A stretch of DNA of 63,409 nt, the filler included. It is 7 parts of 7 records of this genome, joined end to end, with 100 filler letters (N's around TTAATTAATTAA, not from the genome) between each part and the next. Parts side by side here need not be neighbours in the genome. Positions count along the whole stretch, not along the records: positions 40,050 to 57,674 come from SRR2962707_4607; positions 57,775 to 63,409 come from SRR2962707_4633; 5 more parts are not named here. One strand, written 5' to 3'. Positions 50,095-61,187 of this stretch are shown in pieces; within the stretch, counting starts at the first letter, position 1, and each line of letters starts with the position of its first letter. The notes under the pieces are model-generated. The model did no database searches, was not told the DNA's origin, and saw only the letters and a program-made list of their open reading frames with translations. Both the position numbers and the translations under genes were made by a program.

Positions 50095-51690
50095 ATGACT
50101 GATCCTGGAGCTGCCATCGCTGACGAGTTTATCCGGGGCACGCGCCTGTTGCGAGCCGGGCGGGGCGAGCAGGCTTTGGCGGCGTTTCGAACGGTTTATG
50201 CTCAGGCCGAGGCTGCTGGCGACAGCGATTTCATGGCCGCCGCTTTGTGCGAAATGGCCTGGAGCTGCTACCGCATCGGTGATGCCGAACAGGGTCTGGA
50301 ATGCGCCATGGGGGCCAAATGGCTCTGGGAGCGTCTGGGCAACCGGCTTGAAATGGCCCGCGCCATGGCCGTTGAATCCATCCTCTTCCTCGATCTTGGC
50401 TTCAGCGATGAAGCCTATGATCTTGCCACCATGGCCGTGGAAATTGCCCAGGCCAGCGACGACGCGCCCATGCAGGCCTTTGCGCTCAATGCCAAGGGCA
50501 TCGTGCTCACGGTCTGCCGAGAGAGCGAGTTGGGCGCCAATCTGGTCGAACAGGCCGTCGCTATCGCCACCCAGCAGAAAAATGGCGGCGCTGCCGGCTA
50601 CTACCTGCTCAATCTGGGCTTCTGCCACGCCAAGATGGCCGAGGAGGCAGGGTCTCTGGGGCAACCTGATCGCGCCATGGGCGAACGCGAGGCGGCCATC
50701 GAATTCACCAATGAGTCAATTGAGCAGGCCCGTCATAGCGGCGACGCCTGGACCCTGCGCGCAGCCTTGGGTAACAAGGCGGAATTGCTGGCGCTGCAGG
50801 GTAGCTTCGATCTGGCGCTGGACGTTCTGGCGCAGTGCGTTGAGCTCAACGACGCGCCCGGCACCGGCCTGCGCATCCACTATCTCTATACGCTGGGCGA
50901 TGTTCTGTTCCGTGCCGGTCGGCTCGATGAGGCATTGGTCAGTGCCACTGAGGCAGTAGAGCTGGCCGACACTACCAGGCTTATCGATCACCAGACCAAC
51001 GCCGTGGCCAAGCTCGCCGAAATCCTTGAGGCCAGGGGCGACACCTCAGCAGCGTTGGTACAGTTCAAGCGCTTCCACAATCTCTATGTGCGCCAGTCCG
51101 GCGAGACCGCCCAGCGGCGCGCCCGGGTGGCGTCCATTCGCTCCGAGACAGATCTGTGGCGCGACCGCGCCGCCGTGCTGGCCGATCAGGCCCTCAGCGA
51201 TCCGCTCACCTGCATTGCCAATCGCCGCAGCTTTGATCAGATCCTCAACCGGCTTGCCGGCACCGCCTTTTCGACGGCCATCGTCGATCTTGATAACTTC
51301 AAGACCATCAATGATCGCTACTCCCACATCGTGGGCGATGCAGTGCTGCAGCGCGTGGCGCGGACACTGGTTGATCAGCTGGGCCCGCATGGTCATGCGG
51401 CCCGTTTGGGCGGCGAAGAATTTGCTCTGGTCTTCCCCAATGTGCCCGAGCAGTCCGCAGTGGCCTTCTGCGAGGGCATTCGCATCGCCATCAGTTCGAT
51501 TGACTGGTCCGACCTTGGCGCGGGGCTCGGCGTTACCGTCAGCATTGGTCTGGCCACCGGGCAGGGCGAAGAACCCTCCGGTCTGCTGATGCAGATTGCC
51601 GATAATCGCCTCTATGCGGCCAAGGCAAACGGGCGCGATTGCGTGATCTGGGCTGACACCATTCCCGCCGATGAACGTCTGCGCGCATGA
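50095..51690 (+). CDS. TPR-repeat diguanylate cyclase (GGDEF domain)
   Basis: Helical TPR-like N-terminal repeats; DPLTCIANRR, DLDNFKTINDRYSH, RLGGEEF and ADNRLYAAK. Confidence 0.9.
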   Translation: MTDPGAAIADEFIRGTRLLRAGRGEQALAAFRTVYAQAEAAGDSDFMAAALCEMAWSCYRIGDAEQGLECAMGAKWLWERLGNRLEMARAMAVESILFLDLGFSDEAYDLATMAVEIAQASDDAPMQAFALNAKGIVLTVCRESELGANLVEQAVAIATQQKNGGAAGYYLLNLGFCHAKMAEEAGSLGQPDRAMGEREAAIEFTNESIEQARHSGDAWTLRAALGNKAELLALQGSFDLALDVLAQCVELNDAPGTGLRIHYLYTLGDVLFRAGRLDEALVSATEAVELADTTRLIDHQTNAVAKLAEILEARGDTSAALVQFKRFHNLYVRQSGETAQRRARVASIRSETDLWRDRAAVLADQALSDPLTCIANRRSFDQILNRLAGTAFSTAIVDLDNFKTINDRYSHIVGDAVLQRVARTLVDQLGPHGHAARLGGEEFALVFPNVPEQSAVAFCEGIRIAISSIDWSDLGAGLGVTVSIGLATGQGEEPSGLLMQIADNRLYAAKANGRDCVIWADTIPADERLRA

Positions 51691-52178
51691 GCCAGCATTT
51701 CCGTGATTTCGAAGAGCGCCTCGCGCGCTATGACGATCCCGCCGAAACCGGCGCGGCCCTGCACCAGCTCGCCCGGGCGGTGATCGGCGTGCGCCTGTTC
51801 ACGCTCACGGCGATCAATATGGATGCCGGTCACGTCCGTCGCGTCTATTCCAGCCATCCAGATGTCTTTGCCCTTTTGGGCACCAAGCCCATTGTCATGG
51901 ATGACTGGTTCCGCGCCATGCAGACCGAACGCCGGATCACGGCGATCAACTCCGCAGCCGAGATGGAAGGCAATTTCCCGGATCTCCAACTGATCCGCAC
52001 CTTGGGCTGCGATGCCTCGATCAGCATTCCGGTCATGGCGGGCAATCAATTGCTCGGTACAATCAACGCGCTCGATGCCGAGGGCAGCTATGGCCCCGAT
52101 GCGGTCGCCAGGGCCGCAGACCTGATCGTCCCGGCAACGGCAGTCTTTCTGATTTTGCGTAATCATTTTCAGCTTTAG
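51687..52178 (+). CDS. Stand-alone GAF domain protein
   Basis: RRVYSSHP, GTKP, FPDLQLIRTLGC and IPVMAGNQLLGTINALD; ATGA overlap with the cyclase gene. Confidence 0.8.
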   Translation: MSQHFRDFEERLARYDDPAETGAALHQLARAVIGVRLFTLTAINMDAGHVRRVYSSHPDVFALLGTKPIVMDDWFRAMQTERRITAINSAAEMEGNFPDLQLIRTLGCDASISIPVMAGNQLLGTINALDAEGSYGPDAVARAADLIVPATAVFLILRNHFQL

Positions 52179-52325
52179 GGGCGTTTTCTGAAAACGCACA
52201 TTAAGGACTGAAATTGCCGCGAAGGCGCTTGCAGTAAAATTTTTTTGGTGCTGCAATACAAATTATGTTGAGCCCATTGCGTATCGCCGGTCTGCCGTCT
52301 TCAGCACCCCTTGGGTGTGTCTGAT

Positions 52326-53255
52326 ATGCCGGGCTTTCTCCTTCAACGTTTGGGCATGATGCTGGTCACCCTGTGGGCCATCGTCACGCTGACCTTTTTC
52401 CTGATGCATGCCGTGCCCGGTGGGCCATTCGTTTCCGAGCGTATGCTGGCGCCCGAAATAGCCGCCGCGCTCAACGCCAAATATGGCCTCGATCAACCTA
52501 TCTGGGTGCAATACCTGAACTATCTTCAGGGCGTGCTCAGCTTTGATCTGGGGCCCTCGTTCAAATACCCGGGCGTCTCGGTCAACACCATGATCGCCAA
52601 TGGCCTGCCGGTTACGATGCAGACGGGCCTGCTGGCCATCATCTGCGTCATCGCCCTGGGCTTTCCGCTGGGCATCATCGCCGCGCTTAACCGCAATAAG
52701 TGGCCCGATACCGTTGTGATGATGATCGCCACCATTGGCGTGGCCATCCCCAGCTATGTCATCGCCACCGTCACTCTCTACATCTTCGCCTTGCGTCTGG
52801 GCTGGGTGCCCACCTTCGGGCTTGATGACTGGCGCGGCTATTTCCTGCCGGTCTTTGCCCTGTCGGGGTTCTGGATCTCGTTTGTTGCTCGCCTGACGCG
52901 CTCCTCGCTGCTCGAAACCTTCGAGCAGGATTACATGACCACCGCGCGTGCCAAGGGCCTGCGTCCCGGCCAGGTGCTGTTCAAGCACGGCCTGCGCAAT
53001 TCGCTGGTGCCGGTCGTCACCGTGCTGGGCCCGGTGGTCGCCAATCTGATCACCGGCAGTTTCGTCATCGAGCAGATTTTTGCGTTGCCCGGCATCGGCC
53101 GGCAGTTCGTGCTCTCGATCACCAATCGCGATTACACCGCCATTATGGGCATCACCATCTTCTACGCCGCCGCGCTTATGGTGATGATCCTGATCGTTGA
53201 CCTGCTCTATGCCGTGCTCGACCCGCGCATCAAACTGTCCAAGGCCGCAGCATGA
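52326..53255 (+). CDS. oppB: Oligopeptide ABC transporter permease
   Basis: HAVPGGPF, KYGLDQP, DYMTTARAKGL and DLLYAVLDPRI. Confidence 0.92.
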   Translation: MPGFLLQRLGMMLVTLWAIVTLTFFLMHAVPGGPFVSERMLAPEIAAALNAKYGLDQPIWVQYLNYLQGVLSFDLGPSFKYPGVSVNTMIANGLPVTMQTGLLAIICVIALGFPLGIIAALNRNKWPDTVVMMIATIGVAIPSYVIATVTLYIFALRLGWVPTFGLDDWRGYFLPVFALSGFWISFVARLTRSSLLETFEQDYMTTARAKGLRPGQVLFKHGLRNSLVPVVTVLGPVVANLITGSFVIEQIFALPGIGRQFVLSITNRDYTAIMGITIFYAAALMVMILIVDLLYAVLDPRIKLSKAAA

Positions 53256-54436
53256 CCGATCAGCCACACATCATTGCCCCGCACATGTGGGAAAAGCTGG
53301 GGCCGGGCGATGCCGAAGCCGCCATTTCTGCGCCCAGCCTGACCTATTGGCAGGATGCCCGCCGCCGCCTCTGGGCCAACAAGCCCGCGGTTGTCGCGCT
53401 TGGCTTCATCATCGCTCTGATCCTTGGCGCCATTTTCGGCCCCCTGTTCAGTCCCTTCAGCTATTTCGAGCAGAACCTCAAGCTGGCCAATATCCCGCCA
53501 GCCTTTGAAACCTACGCCATTGATGACGGGCAGGGGGGCGCAACCCGCTTCTTCCTCAACGCCTCCAATTTCAACCTCTATGAAGTCGACGCTGAAGGCC
53601 ATGTTCTCGGCCTCATTCGGGGTGGCCGCAAGGACATGATGAAGAAGGCCCAGCCCTTCACCTTCGGCGATACCGATATCAGTCTCGACTATTCCAGCCT
53701 GCCGCCCAGGATCGTCAGTGTCGATGGCGACACCATAACGCCATCGGGCTGGTCTTGGAACCGCACCTATCTGTTTGGCACCGACCAATTGGGCCGCGAT
53801 GTGCTGGTGCGTCAGCTTTATGGTGCCCGCATTTCTCTGACCGTCGCCTTTGTCGCGACGCTGGTGAACTTCTTCATCGGCATCTTCTATGGCGGTCTGT
53901 CCGGCTATATCGGTGGCAAGACCGATGCGGTGATGATGCGCATTGTCGAAATCATCTCCACCATTCCGCTGACCCTCTATGTCGTGTTGCTCATGGTGGT
54001 TTTCGACTCTGGGCTCTATTCCATCATCATCGCCATTGGATCGGTGTTCTGGGTGGATATGGCCCGCATCGTGCGCGGCCAGATACTCAGCCTCAAGAGC
54101 CAGGACTACGTCGCTGCCGCCCGCACCATGGGCGCCGGCACATCGCGCATCCTGACCAAGCACCTGCTGCCCAACTCCATCGGGCCCATCATCGTCACCC
54201 TGACCATGCTGATCCCCTCGGCCATCTTTATCGAAAGCTTCATGAGCTTCATCGGCCTGGGCGTTACCCCGCCATTGGCCAGCTGGGGTACGCTGACTTC
54301 CGAGGCCGTCGAAACCATGCGCGCCTATCCGCATCAGCTCTTCTTCCCTGCCGCCGCTATCTCCCTGACCATGTTTGCCTTCAATTTCCTGGGCGATGGT
54401 CTGCGCGACGCGCTTGATCCAAGATTCCGCAAATGA
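53252..54436 (+). CDS. oppC: Oligopeptide ABC transporter permease
   Basis: SLTYWQDARRR, FGTDQLGRD, ARIVRGQ and FNFLGDGLRDALDPR. Confidence 0.92.
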   Translation: MTDQPHIIAPHMWEKLGPGDAEAAISAPSLTYWQDARRRLWANKPAVVALGFIIALILGAIFGPLFSPFSYFEQNLKLANIPPAFETYAIDDGQGGATRFFLNASNFNLYEVDAEGHVLGLIRGGRKDMMKKAQPFTFGDTDISLDYSSLPPRIVSVDGDTITPSGWSWNRTYLFGTDQLGRDVLVRQLYGARISLTVAFVATLVNFFIGIFYGGLSGYIGGKTDAVMMRIVEIISTIPLTLYVVLLMVVFDSGLYSIIIAIGSVFWVDMARIVRGQILSLKSQDYVAAARTMGAGTSRILTKHLLPNSIGPIIVTLTMLIPSAIFIESFMSFIGLGVTPPLASWGTLTSEAVETMRAYPHQLFFPAAAISLTMFAFNFLGDGLRDALDPRFRK

Positions 54437-55452
54437 GTGTTCCGCAAACGGGTGAACCCGTCCTCTCCGTCCGCGATCTGAAAACCTCCTTCTTTTCCCA
54501 GCGCGGCGAAGTGCAGGCCGTGCGCGGTGTCAGCTTCGATGTCTATCCCGGCGAAATCCTCGGTATTGTCGGTGAATCCGGCTCGGGCAAATCCATCACC
54601 TGCATGTCCGTTCTCCGCCTGCTCAAGGCATCGGGACGTGTCATCGGTGGTGCCGTCGATTTTGACGGCAAGGATCTGATGCAGCTCGATGAAGCCGATC
54701 TGCGCGACATTCGCGGCAATCGCATCGGCATGATCTTTCAGGATCCCATGACCAGCCTCAATCCCACCCTTAGCGTGGGCGAGCAGGTCATCGAAACTAT
54801 TCTGCGCCATCGTCAGGCCAGCCGCGCCGAGGCCCGCGCCCGCGCCATTGAACTGTTCGAACTGGTCCGCATCCCCTCGGCCGCCGAACGCCTCAAATCC
54901 TACCCGCACGAATTTTCCGGCGGCATGCGCCAGCGTGTCATGATTGCCATCGCCCTGGCTTGCGACCCAAAGCTCCTGATTGCCGACGAACCCACCACCG
55001 CCCTCGATGTCACTATCCAGCGCCAGATCCTGGGTCTGCTCCGCGATCTGCAACAGCGGCTGGGCATGGCTGTCATCTTGATCACCCATGATCTGGGTGT
55101 CATCGCCGAAGTCACCGATCGTATCGTGGTCATGTATGGCGGTCTGGTGATGGAAACCGGCCCGGTCCGGCCCATCTTTGCCACCCCGCGCCATCCGTAC
55201 ACTCAAGGCCTGCTGGCGTCGGTCCCCGATCTGCGCGACGACAGCCACCAGCGCCTCACGCCCATTCCGGGGGCACCGCCCGATATGGCCCATCCTCCCG
55301 CCGGTTGCCCTTTCACCGCCCGCTGCCCACACGCCATGGCCCAGTGCCAGGCGGCGCTGCCGCCGCTGTTTGGCGACACCCAGGCCGTCCGCTGCTGGCT
55401 CCACCACCCCGACGCCCCCCGCGTCCCCGGCGTCAACGAGGTGGCCGCATGA
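54433..55452 (+). CDS. oppD: Oligopeptide ABC transporter ATP-binding protein
   Basis: [26 protein letters not shown] and C-terminal GCPF..RC. Confidence 0.93.
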   Translation: MSVPQTGEPVLSVRDLKTSFFSQRGEVQAVRGVSFDVYPGEILGIVGESGSGKSITCMSVLRLLKASGRVIGGAVDFDGKDLMQLDEADLRDIRGNRIGMIFQDPMTSLNPTLSVGEQVIETILRHRQASRAEARARAIELFELVRIPSAAERLKSYPHEFSGGMRQRVMIAIALACDPKLLIADEPTTALDVTIQRQILGLLRDLQQRLGMAVILITHDLGVIAEVTDRIVVMYGGLVMETGPVRPIFATPRHPYTQGLLASVPDLRDDSHQRLTPIPGAPPDMAHPPAGCPFTARCPHAMAQCQAALPPLFGDTQAVRCWLHHPDAPRVPGVNEVAA

Positions 55453-56441
55453 CCGACACCCCACTGGTCTCAATCCGGAATCTCAAAAAGCACTTCTCTG
55501 TCGGTGGCAGACTGTTCGGCCCCAAACCGGTCCTACGCGCCGTCGATGGCGTCGATCTCGACATCCGGCGTGGTGAAACCCTGGGCCTCGTCGGCGAGTC
55601 CGGTTGTGGCAAGTCCACGCTCGCCCGCACCCTGATCCGGCTGTATGAGCCGACCTCGGGCGCCATGCTGTTCGATGGCCAGGACGTCGCCAGACTCTCT
55701 GAGCGCGATCTCACCCCGTTTCGGCGTCGCGTGCAGATGATCTTTCAGGATCCCTACGCCTCGCTCAATGGCCGCATGACCGTGCGTGATCTGATCGCCG
55801 AGCCCTTGGAAATTGCCAGGATCGGTACGCCCGAAAGCCGCACGGCAAGGATTATGGATCTGCTTGCGCGCGTCGGCCTGCATCCCGATCATGCCAATCG
55901 CTTTGCCCATGAGTTCTCCGGTGGACAGCGCCAGCGCATCGGCATCGCCCGCGCCATCGCGCTTGAGCCCGAACTGGTCATCTGCGACGAACCCATTTCG
56001 GCACTCGACGTCTCGGTGCAGGCCCAGGTCGTCAACATGCTTGAAGACCTGCAGGACCAACTCGGCCTGACCTATCTGTTCATCACCCATGATCTGAGCA
56101 TGGTGCGCCACATCTCGGACCGCATCGGCGTGATGTATCTGGGCAAGATCGTTGAGCTGGCCTCCAATACCGATCTCTATGCGCGCCCCAGCCACCCCTA
56201 TACCCAGGCGCTGCTGGCCTCCATTCCCGTGCCCGATCCGACGGCGACCCGCCCGGCCGATCCGGTGCGTGGCGAAATTCCCAGCCCCATGGCCATTCCC
56301 AGTGGCTGCCGTTTCCGTACCCGTTGCCCGCTCGCCACAGAGCTGTGCGCCGGTCAGGAACCCGAACTCAGAGACATTGGCGGGGGGCATCTTGCCGCCT
56401 GCCACTACGCCGGTGATGCGGCCACGCCAAAGGCAGCCTAA
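55449..56441 (+). CDS. oppF: Oligopeptide ABC transporter ATP-binding protein
   Basis: GESGCGKST, FQDPYASLN, FSGGQRQRIGIARA and SGCRFRTRC. Confidence 0.93.
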   Translation: MTDTPLVSIRNLKKHFSVGGRLFGPKPVLRAVDGVDLDIRRGETLGLVGESGCGKSTLARTLIRLYEPTSGAMLFDGQDVARLSERDLTPFRRRVQMIFQDPYASLNGRMTVRDLIAEPLEIARIGTPESRTARIMDLLARVGLHPDHANRFAHEFSGGQRQRIGIARAIALEPELVICDEPISALDVSVQAQVVNMLEDLQDQLGLTYLFITHDLSMVRHISDRIGVMYLGKIVELASNTDLYARPSHPYTQALLASIPVPDPTATRPADPVRGEIPSPMAIPSGCRFRTRCPLATELCAGQEPELRDIGGGHLAACHYAGDAATPKAA

Positions 56442-56501
56442 GCTGCCCTCAAGATAACCAAGGGACAGGGAGGAGACCCTGCCCGAAAAAGGAGAGAAAG
56501 C

Positions 56502-57674
56502 ATGACCAAGCACTTTCTGCCACTGCTCACAGCGGCATTCCTTGCTTCCACTGCCGGCGCCTTCGCCGCTGGTGAACTGACCTATGTGGTCAACAATGAA
56601 TCCGCCAAATACGATCCCGGCACCACGGCCGAAACCTTTGCCGCGCCCATCATCGGCAATACCTTTGAAGGCCTGGTCCGCTTCGATGCCGATAGCAATA
56701 TCGTGCCCGCTCTTGCCGAGAGCTGGGACGTCTCCGAAGACGGCCTCACCTACACCTTCAACCTGCGCGACGCCAACTGGTCCGACGGCAAGCCCGTCAC
56801 CGCGGGTGACTTCGTCTACGCCTGGAACCGCGTGCTCAACCCTGCGACCGGCGCGATGAACGCAGCCATGCTCTATTCCATCGTTGGCGCCGAAGAGGCC
56901 TACAATGCTGATGGCGTCGGCGACATTGCCATCTCGGCTCCCGACGACAAGACGCTGACTTTCACCCTCAAGGCCCGCGTCCCCTACATGATGCAGCTTT
57001 TGACCTACACCACCTTCTTTCCCGTTCGTCAGGACGTTGTTGAAGCCGATCCAGAAGGCTGGACGCGTGATCCAGCGACTTTCATCGGCACCGGTCCTTT
57101 CCGCGTCACCGAGTTCAATCAGGGCGAGTCAGTCGTGTTTGAAAAGAACCCCGAATATTACGACGCTGATGCCGTCAGCCTCGACAAGCTGACCTTCCGT
57201 CTCATCCCAGATCCCGCAACGGCTCTGGCTGCCATGGAAGCTGGTGATGTCGATGGCATCGAATCTGTTCCGGCTCCGGAAATTCCCCGCCTCTCGGTTG
57301 AATCTGACGCCTTCATGGTCGTTCCGGCCCTCGGCACCACCTACGCCTTCTTCAACACCCATCAGGCCCCACTTGATAATCTCAAGGTTCGCGAAGCCCT
57401 CTCAATGGCGATCGATCGCGAAGAGATCGTTGAGTTCGTGCTCCAGTCTGCTGACATTCCCGCCCTTGGCCTGGTGCCTCCCGGCATGACCGTTGCCGGC
57501 GAAGAATTCACCGATGGCCGCGATACCTTCGGTCTGGGCGAAGCCGCCGAGATCGAAGCAGCCCAGGCCATGCTGGCCGAAGCGGGCTACCCCGATGGCG
57601 AAGGTTTTCCCGAAACCCTATTCGTGACCTATTCTTCCCCGCCAATCGAAAAGCTGCTCGAAGCCATCCAGCAG
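56502..57674 (+). CDS. oppA: Peptide ABC transporter substrate-binding protein, 3'-truncated
   Basis: Signal peptide, FEGLV, PALAESW, WSDGKPVTAGDF, GTGPF and VREALSMAIDRE. Confidence 0.92.
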
Positions 57675-57774
57675 NNNNNNNNNNNNNNNNNNNNNNNNNN
57701 NNNNNNNNNNNNNNNNNNTTAATTAATTAANNNNNNNNNNNNNNNNNNNNNNNNNNNNNNNNNNNNNNNNNNNN
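57675..57774. other. Artificial contig spacer
   Basis: N44-TTAATTAATTAA-N44. Confidence 0.98.
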
Positions 57775-57847
57775 CGAGCTCCTTGCAGGCGCGCAGGATG
57801 CGCAATGCGATTTCGCCGCGATTGGCGATCAGGACCTTTTGGAACAT
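57775..57847 (-). CDS. accC: Biotin carboxylase, first ~24 codons only
   Basis: Minus strand reads [24 protein letters not shown] immediately after accB. Confidence 0.93.
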
Positions 57848-57857
57848 GGGGTTCCCC

Positions 57858-58346
57858 TTACTCGATGACGACGAGTGGCTCGCCGTATTCCACCGGCTGG
57901 GCGTCCTCGAACAGGATGCGCGTGACGGTGCCCGAGCGATGTGCGGGGATCTGGTTCATGGTCTTCATGGCTTCAATGATGAGCAGCGTCTGGCCCTCGG
58001 TCACCTTGGCGCCAACCGAAACAAAAGCCGCCTTGCCTGGCTCTGGTGCGGTGTAGGCGGTGCCAACCATCGGCGAGGTCAGTGTGCCGGGGTTGGATGC
58101 GAGATCTTCAGCGGCAGCAGGCGCTGCAGCAGGAACCGAGCCAGCTGGTGCCATCGAGGCGGCAGGCGCTGCCGCGGGTGCATAATGCTGCGGCGCTGCG
58201 TAGGTTACGCCTTCATTGGGGTATGAGCGGGTGACACGGACCCGGAAGTCCTCCTGCTCGATTTCGATCTCGGCGAGATCTTCCTTGTTCAGCAGCTCGG
58301 CGATGGCTCGGATCAGATCCTGATCCACTTGCGATGACTTGGTCAT
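57858..58346 (-). CDS. accB: Biotin carboxyl carrier protein
   Basis: [16 protein letters not shown] biotinylation motif and Ala/Pro linker. Confidence 0.96.
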   Translation of the reverse strand: MTKSSQVDQDLIRAIAELLNKEDLAEIEIEQEDFRVRVTRSYPNEGVTYAAPQHYAPAAAPAASMAPAGSVPAAAPAAAEDLASNPGTLTSPMVGTAYTAPEPGKAAFVSVGAKVTEGQTLLIIEAMKTMNQIPAHRSGTVTRILFEDAQPVEYGEPLVVIE

Positions 58347-58380
58347 TCTTGTCGGTCTCCCGCGCGTTACGCGTTGATCG

Positions 58381-58818
58381 TTACTTGAGTTTTTCGGCGA
58401 GCGCCATGAGCGCCATTGTATACCCGGTGACACCAAAGCCGCAAATGACACCGAACGCCACAGCCGACACATAGGAATGGTGCCGGAAGGCTTCGCGCTG
58501 ATGGATGTTGCTCAGATGCACTTCTGCAACAGGCAGCCCGACGGCCTTGAGCGCGTCGTGGATGGCTACGGACGTATGGGAATAGGCCGCCGGATTGATG
58601 ATAATCGCGTCGGCGGTCTTGCGGGCATCCTGAATCCAGGTGACCAGCTCGCCTTCGTGATTGGATTGGCGGAAGTCGATTGTCAGGCCCTGTTCAGTGC
58701 CTGTCTGCTTGCACAGAGCCTCGATATCCTTGAGCGTTTGCGCGCCATAGATATCCGGCTCGCGCGTGCCGAGCAGATTGAGGTTCGGGCCGTTGAGGAC
58801 GAGAACGCGCTTTGCCAT
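58381..58818 (-). CDS. aroQ: Type II 3-dehydroquinate dehydratase
   Basis: [33 protein letters not shown] and [15 protein letters not shown]. Confidence 0.97.
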   Translation of the reverse strand: MAKRVLVLNGPNLNLLGTREPDIYGAQTLKDIEALCKQTGTEQGLTIDFRQSNHEGELVTWIQDARKTADAIIINPAAYSHTSVAIHDALKAVGLPVAEVHLSNIHQREAFRHHSYVSAVAFGVICGFGVTGYTMALMALAEKLK

Positions 58819-58912
58819 AATTTTTGCCTTGTGCACCGGGTCTTCGTGCTGAAGCAAGCGCGGTTACACGAAATGCACCGAAAACGCAAAGAACCCGGTA
58901 GATTATGACCGA

Positions 58913-59785
58913 TCAGCTATCGCACTGGGTTTCGCCGCATTCGCGCATATTGGCGATACGCTGGCGCAGTTCATCCACGCCGATGGCGCCCGGAATGACC
59001 TCATTGCCGATGATATAGGTCGGGGTGCCGGTGATGTTGAGCGCCTTGGCGATCTCATAGGACGTCTGGATCGTCCTGGAGACGCTGTCAGTGCCCATAT
59101 CGAGCTCAAGGCTGACCGGGCTCAGGCCCAGGTCGGCTGCGGCCGCCAGGGCCACATCCTTGTCGACCTTGCCGCGACTGGTGAACAGCGCTTCGTGGAA
59201 GCTCCAGTAGTCGACGTCAGAATCACCAACCAGCACGGCGATGCGGGCGGCATCGATGGATTCGTTGGAAAGAATGGGGAATTCCTTGAAGATCACGCGC
59301 AGATTGGGATCTTCGGCCAGCAGGGTGGCCAGGTCGGGCAGGGCCGAGCGGCAGTAGCCGCAATTGTAATCAAAGAACTCGACCAGGGTCACATCACCAT
59401 CGGGATTGCCGACCACAACCTGACCGGGGTCATTGAAGATCGCTTCCTGCATGGTGGCAATGGCGGCGGTGGCCTGACTGCGTTCTTCGGCGCGCAGTGT
59501 CGAATCAAGCGCCACCGAGACGCGCTGCAGGATTTTTGGATCGCTCATCAGGAAGGATTCGATCATCGGGTTGATGATGTCGGCGTCGAGCGTGGCGACT
59601 TCCTGAGCAGGCGCGGCAGCCATGGTGGCGCTGCGCTGGGCGTCATAGGCGGTGATTGCGTCATCAATCATGGCCTGCACAGCCACGCTGTCCGTCTGCG
59701 GGCCGGGCTGGTTGATTGTGGCATAGCCCAGGGCGCCAGCAAGGATACCCGCAAGGGCGACGAGAGCGATGGTGACGCGTGACAT
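58913..59785 (-). CDS. DsbA/Com1-like thiol-disulfide oxidoreductase
   Basis: VEFFDYNCGYC, KEFPIL, ITGTPTY and N-terminal membrane anchor. Confidence 0.92.
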   Translation of the reverse strand: MSRVTIALVALAGILAGALGYATINQPGPQTDSVAVQAMIDDAITAYDAQRSATMAAAPAQEVATLDADIINPMIESFLMSDPKILQRVSVALDSTLRAEERSQATAAIATMQEAIFNDPGQVVVGNPDGDVTLVEFFDYNCGYCRSALPDLATLLAEDPNLRVIFKEFPILSNESIDAARIAVLVGDSDVDYWSFHEALFTSRGKVDKDVALAAAADLGLSPVSLELDMGTDSVSRTIQTSYEIAKALNITGTPTYIIGNEVIPGAIGVDELRQRIANMRECGETQCDS

Positions 59786-59940
59786 GGCTGGTTGGAACTC
59801 CGGTCCTGATGAAACGCCTGCCTTCTAGCAGAGCTGAAGCCAGATTAGCAGGGGGGAGTGAACAGGTGCTTGGTGTGCCCATCAATTGTTGTTGAGGGGC
59901 GGGGCAGTTCGCGATAGGCGAATGGAGTCAAGGAGTGTGC

Positions 59941-61086
59941 ATGACCGACCTTCCCGCCGACGGGCTGATGCCCTTTCACGCCATGGAAATTCTCAAGCGC
60001 GCCAAGGTGCTTGAGGCAAGCGGGCGCAGCATCTGCCATCTCGAGGTGGGCGAACCCGGCTCGCCGCCGGCGCCCAAGGTGCTCGAAGCAGTGCGTCAGG
60101 CGTTGCCGCAGGCACAGGGCTATACCAATGCCAAGGGCCTGGGCGAGCTGCGCGAGGGCCTTGTCGCCTACTACCAGAACCAGCATGACGTGGTTGTGGA
60201 TGCCGACGCCATTGTGTGCACCATGGGGTCATCGGCCGGTTTTATCCTGGCCTTCCACACGGCGTTTCGGCCTGGCGCGCGGATCGCCATCACCCGGCCG
60301 GGCTATCCGGCCTATGTGAACACGCTGCTCGGGCTGGGCTTCGGTATCACCGAAATCCCGCTGTCCGTCAGCAATGGCTGGCGCCTGACCGGCGCTGATA
60401 TTGCAGCCGCTCATGCGGAGCAGCCATTTGAAGGGCTGCTGTTCGCCAGTCCGGCCAATCCCACCGGTGCCGCGATTGATCGGGCAGGGCTGGCTGACAT
60501 TATCGCCACTTGCGAGCGTCTGGGGATAACTTTGATCTCCGACGAGATCTATCACGGTCTCGATTATCGCGGTCCCTCCGTCAGCGCGCTGGAGCTGACA
60601 AAAAACGCTATCATTATCAATAGCTTCTCAAAGTACTATTGCATGACCGGCTGGCGCATTGGCTGGATGGTGTTGCCTGAAAAGCTGGTGCGGCGGGCCG
60701 AAATCCTGCAGCAGAACCTGTTTATCTCAGCGCCGACACTGAGCCAGATTGCGGCGACTGTGGCGCTGGGGGAGCGCGATTATGCCGAAGGGCAGAAAGC
60801 GGGCTACGCAAACAACAGGTTGGCGCTCGACGACGGGCTGCGCGCCTTGGGATTTGATGTCGGCGGGGCGTCCGACGGGGCGTTCTATGCCTATGTCGGT
60901 ATCTCCAAATTCTCCAATGATTCCATGGCCTTCTGCGAGGCCATGCTGGAGGAAGCGGGCGTGGCGATGACGCCTGGCATCGACTTCGATCGGGTCAATG
61001 GGCAGGGCTATGTGCGGCTGTCCTATGCGGGAAAAAGCGAGACAATTGCGCTGGCGCTTGAGCGCATGAGCGGGTTTTTACGCTAA
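59941..61086 (+). CDS. Class I/II PLP-dependent aminotransferase
   Basis: HLEVGEP, SPANPTG, ISDEIYHG and NSFSKYYCMTGWRIGW. Confidence 0.93.
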   Translation: MTDLPADGLMPFHAMEILKRAKVLEASGRSICHLEVGEPGSPPAPKVLEAVRQALPQAQGYTNAKGLGELREGLVAYYQNQHDVVVDADAIVCTMGSSAGFILAFHTAFRPGARIAITRPGYPAYVNTLLGLGFGITEIPLSVSNGWRLTGADIAAAHAEQPFEGLLFASPANPTGAAIDRAGLADIIATCERLGITLISDEIYHGLDYRGPSVSALELTKNAIIINSFSKYYCMTGWRIGWMVLPEKLVRRAEILQQNLFISAPTLSQIAATVALGERDYAEGQKAGYANNRLALDDGLRALGFDVGGASDGAFYAYVGISKFSNDSMAFCEAMLEEAGVAMTPGIDFDRVNGQGYVRLSYAGKSETIALALERMSGFLR

Positions 61087-61187
61087 CAGACTGTTAGCAC
61101 TGAACCTATGAAGTGCACCGCAACACTGACATTGACGAAACTTTGCGGTGCTAGAGTGCATTGGCGGGAGGACGAGGAGGTCCGGCC

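Noticed and set aside
49273-50664. 463-aa minus-strand ORF spanning cysA and the diguanylate cyclase
   Set aside because: Antisense shadow ORF over two well-supported genes.
6105-57774. Six identical TTAATTAATTAA motifs in N runs, and apparent neighbourhoods across them
   Set aside because: Fixed 100-bp artificial linkers. Genes on either side come from different contigs or organisms, so cross-spacer synteny and apparent eukaryote-bacterium transfer are meaningless.
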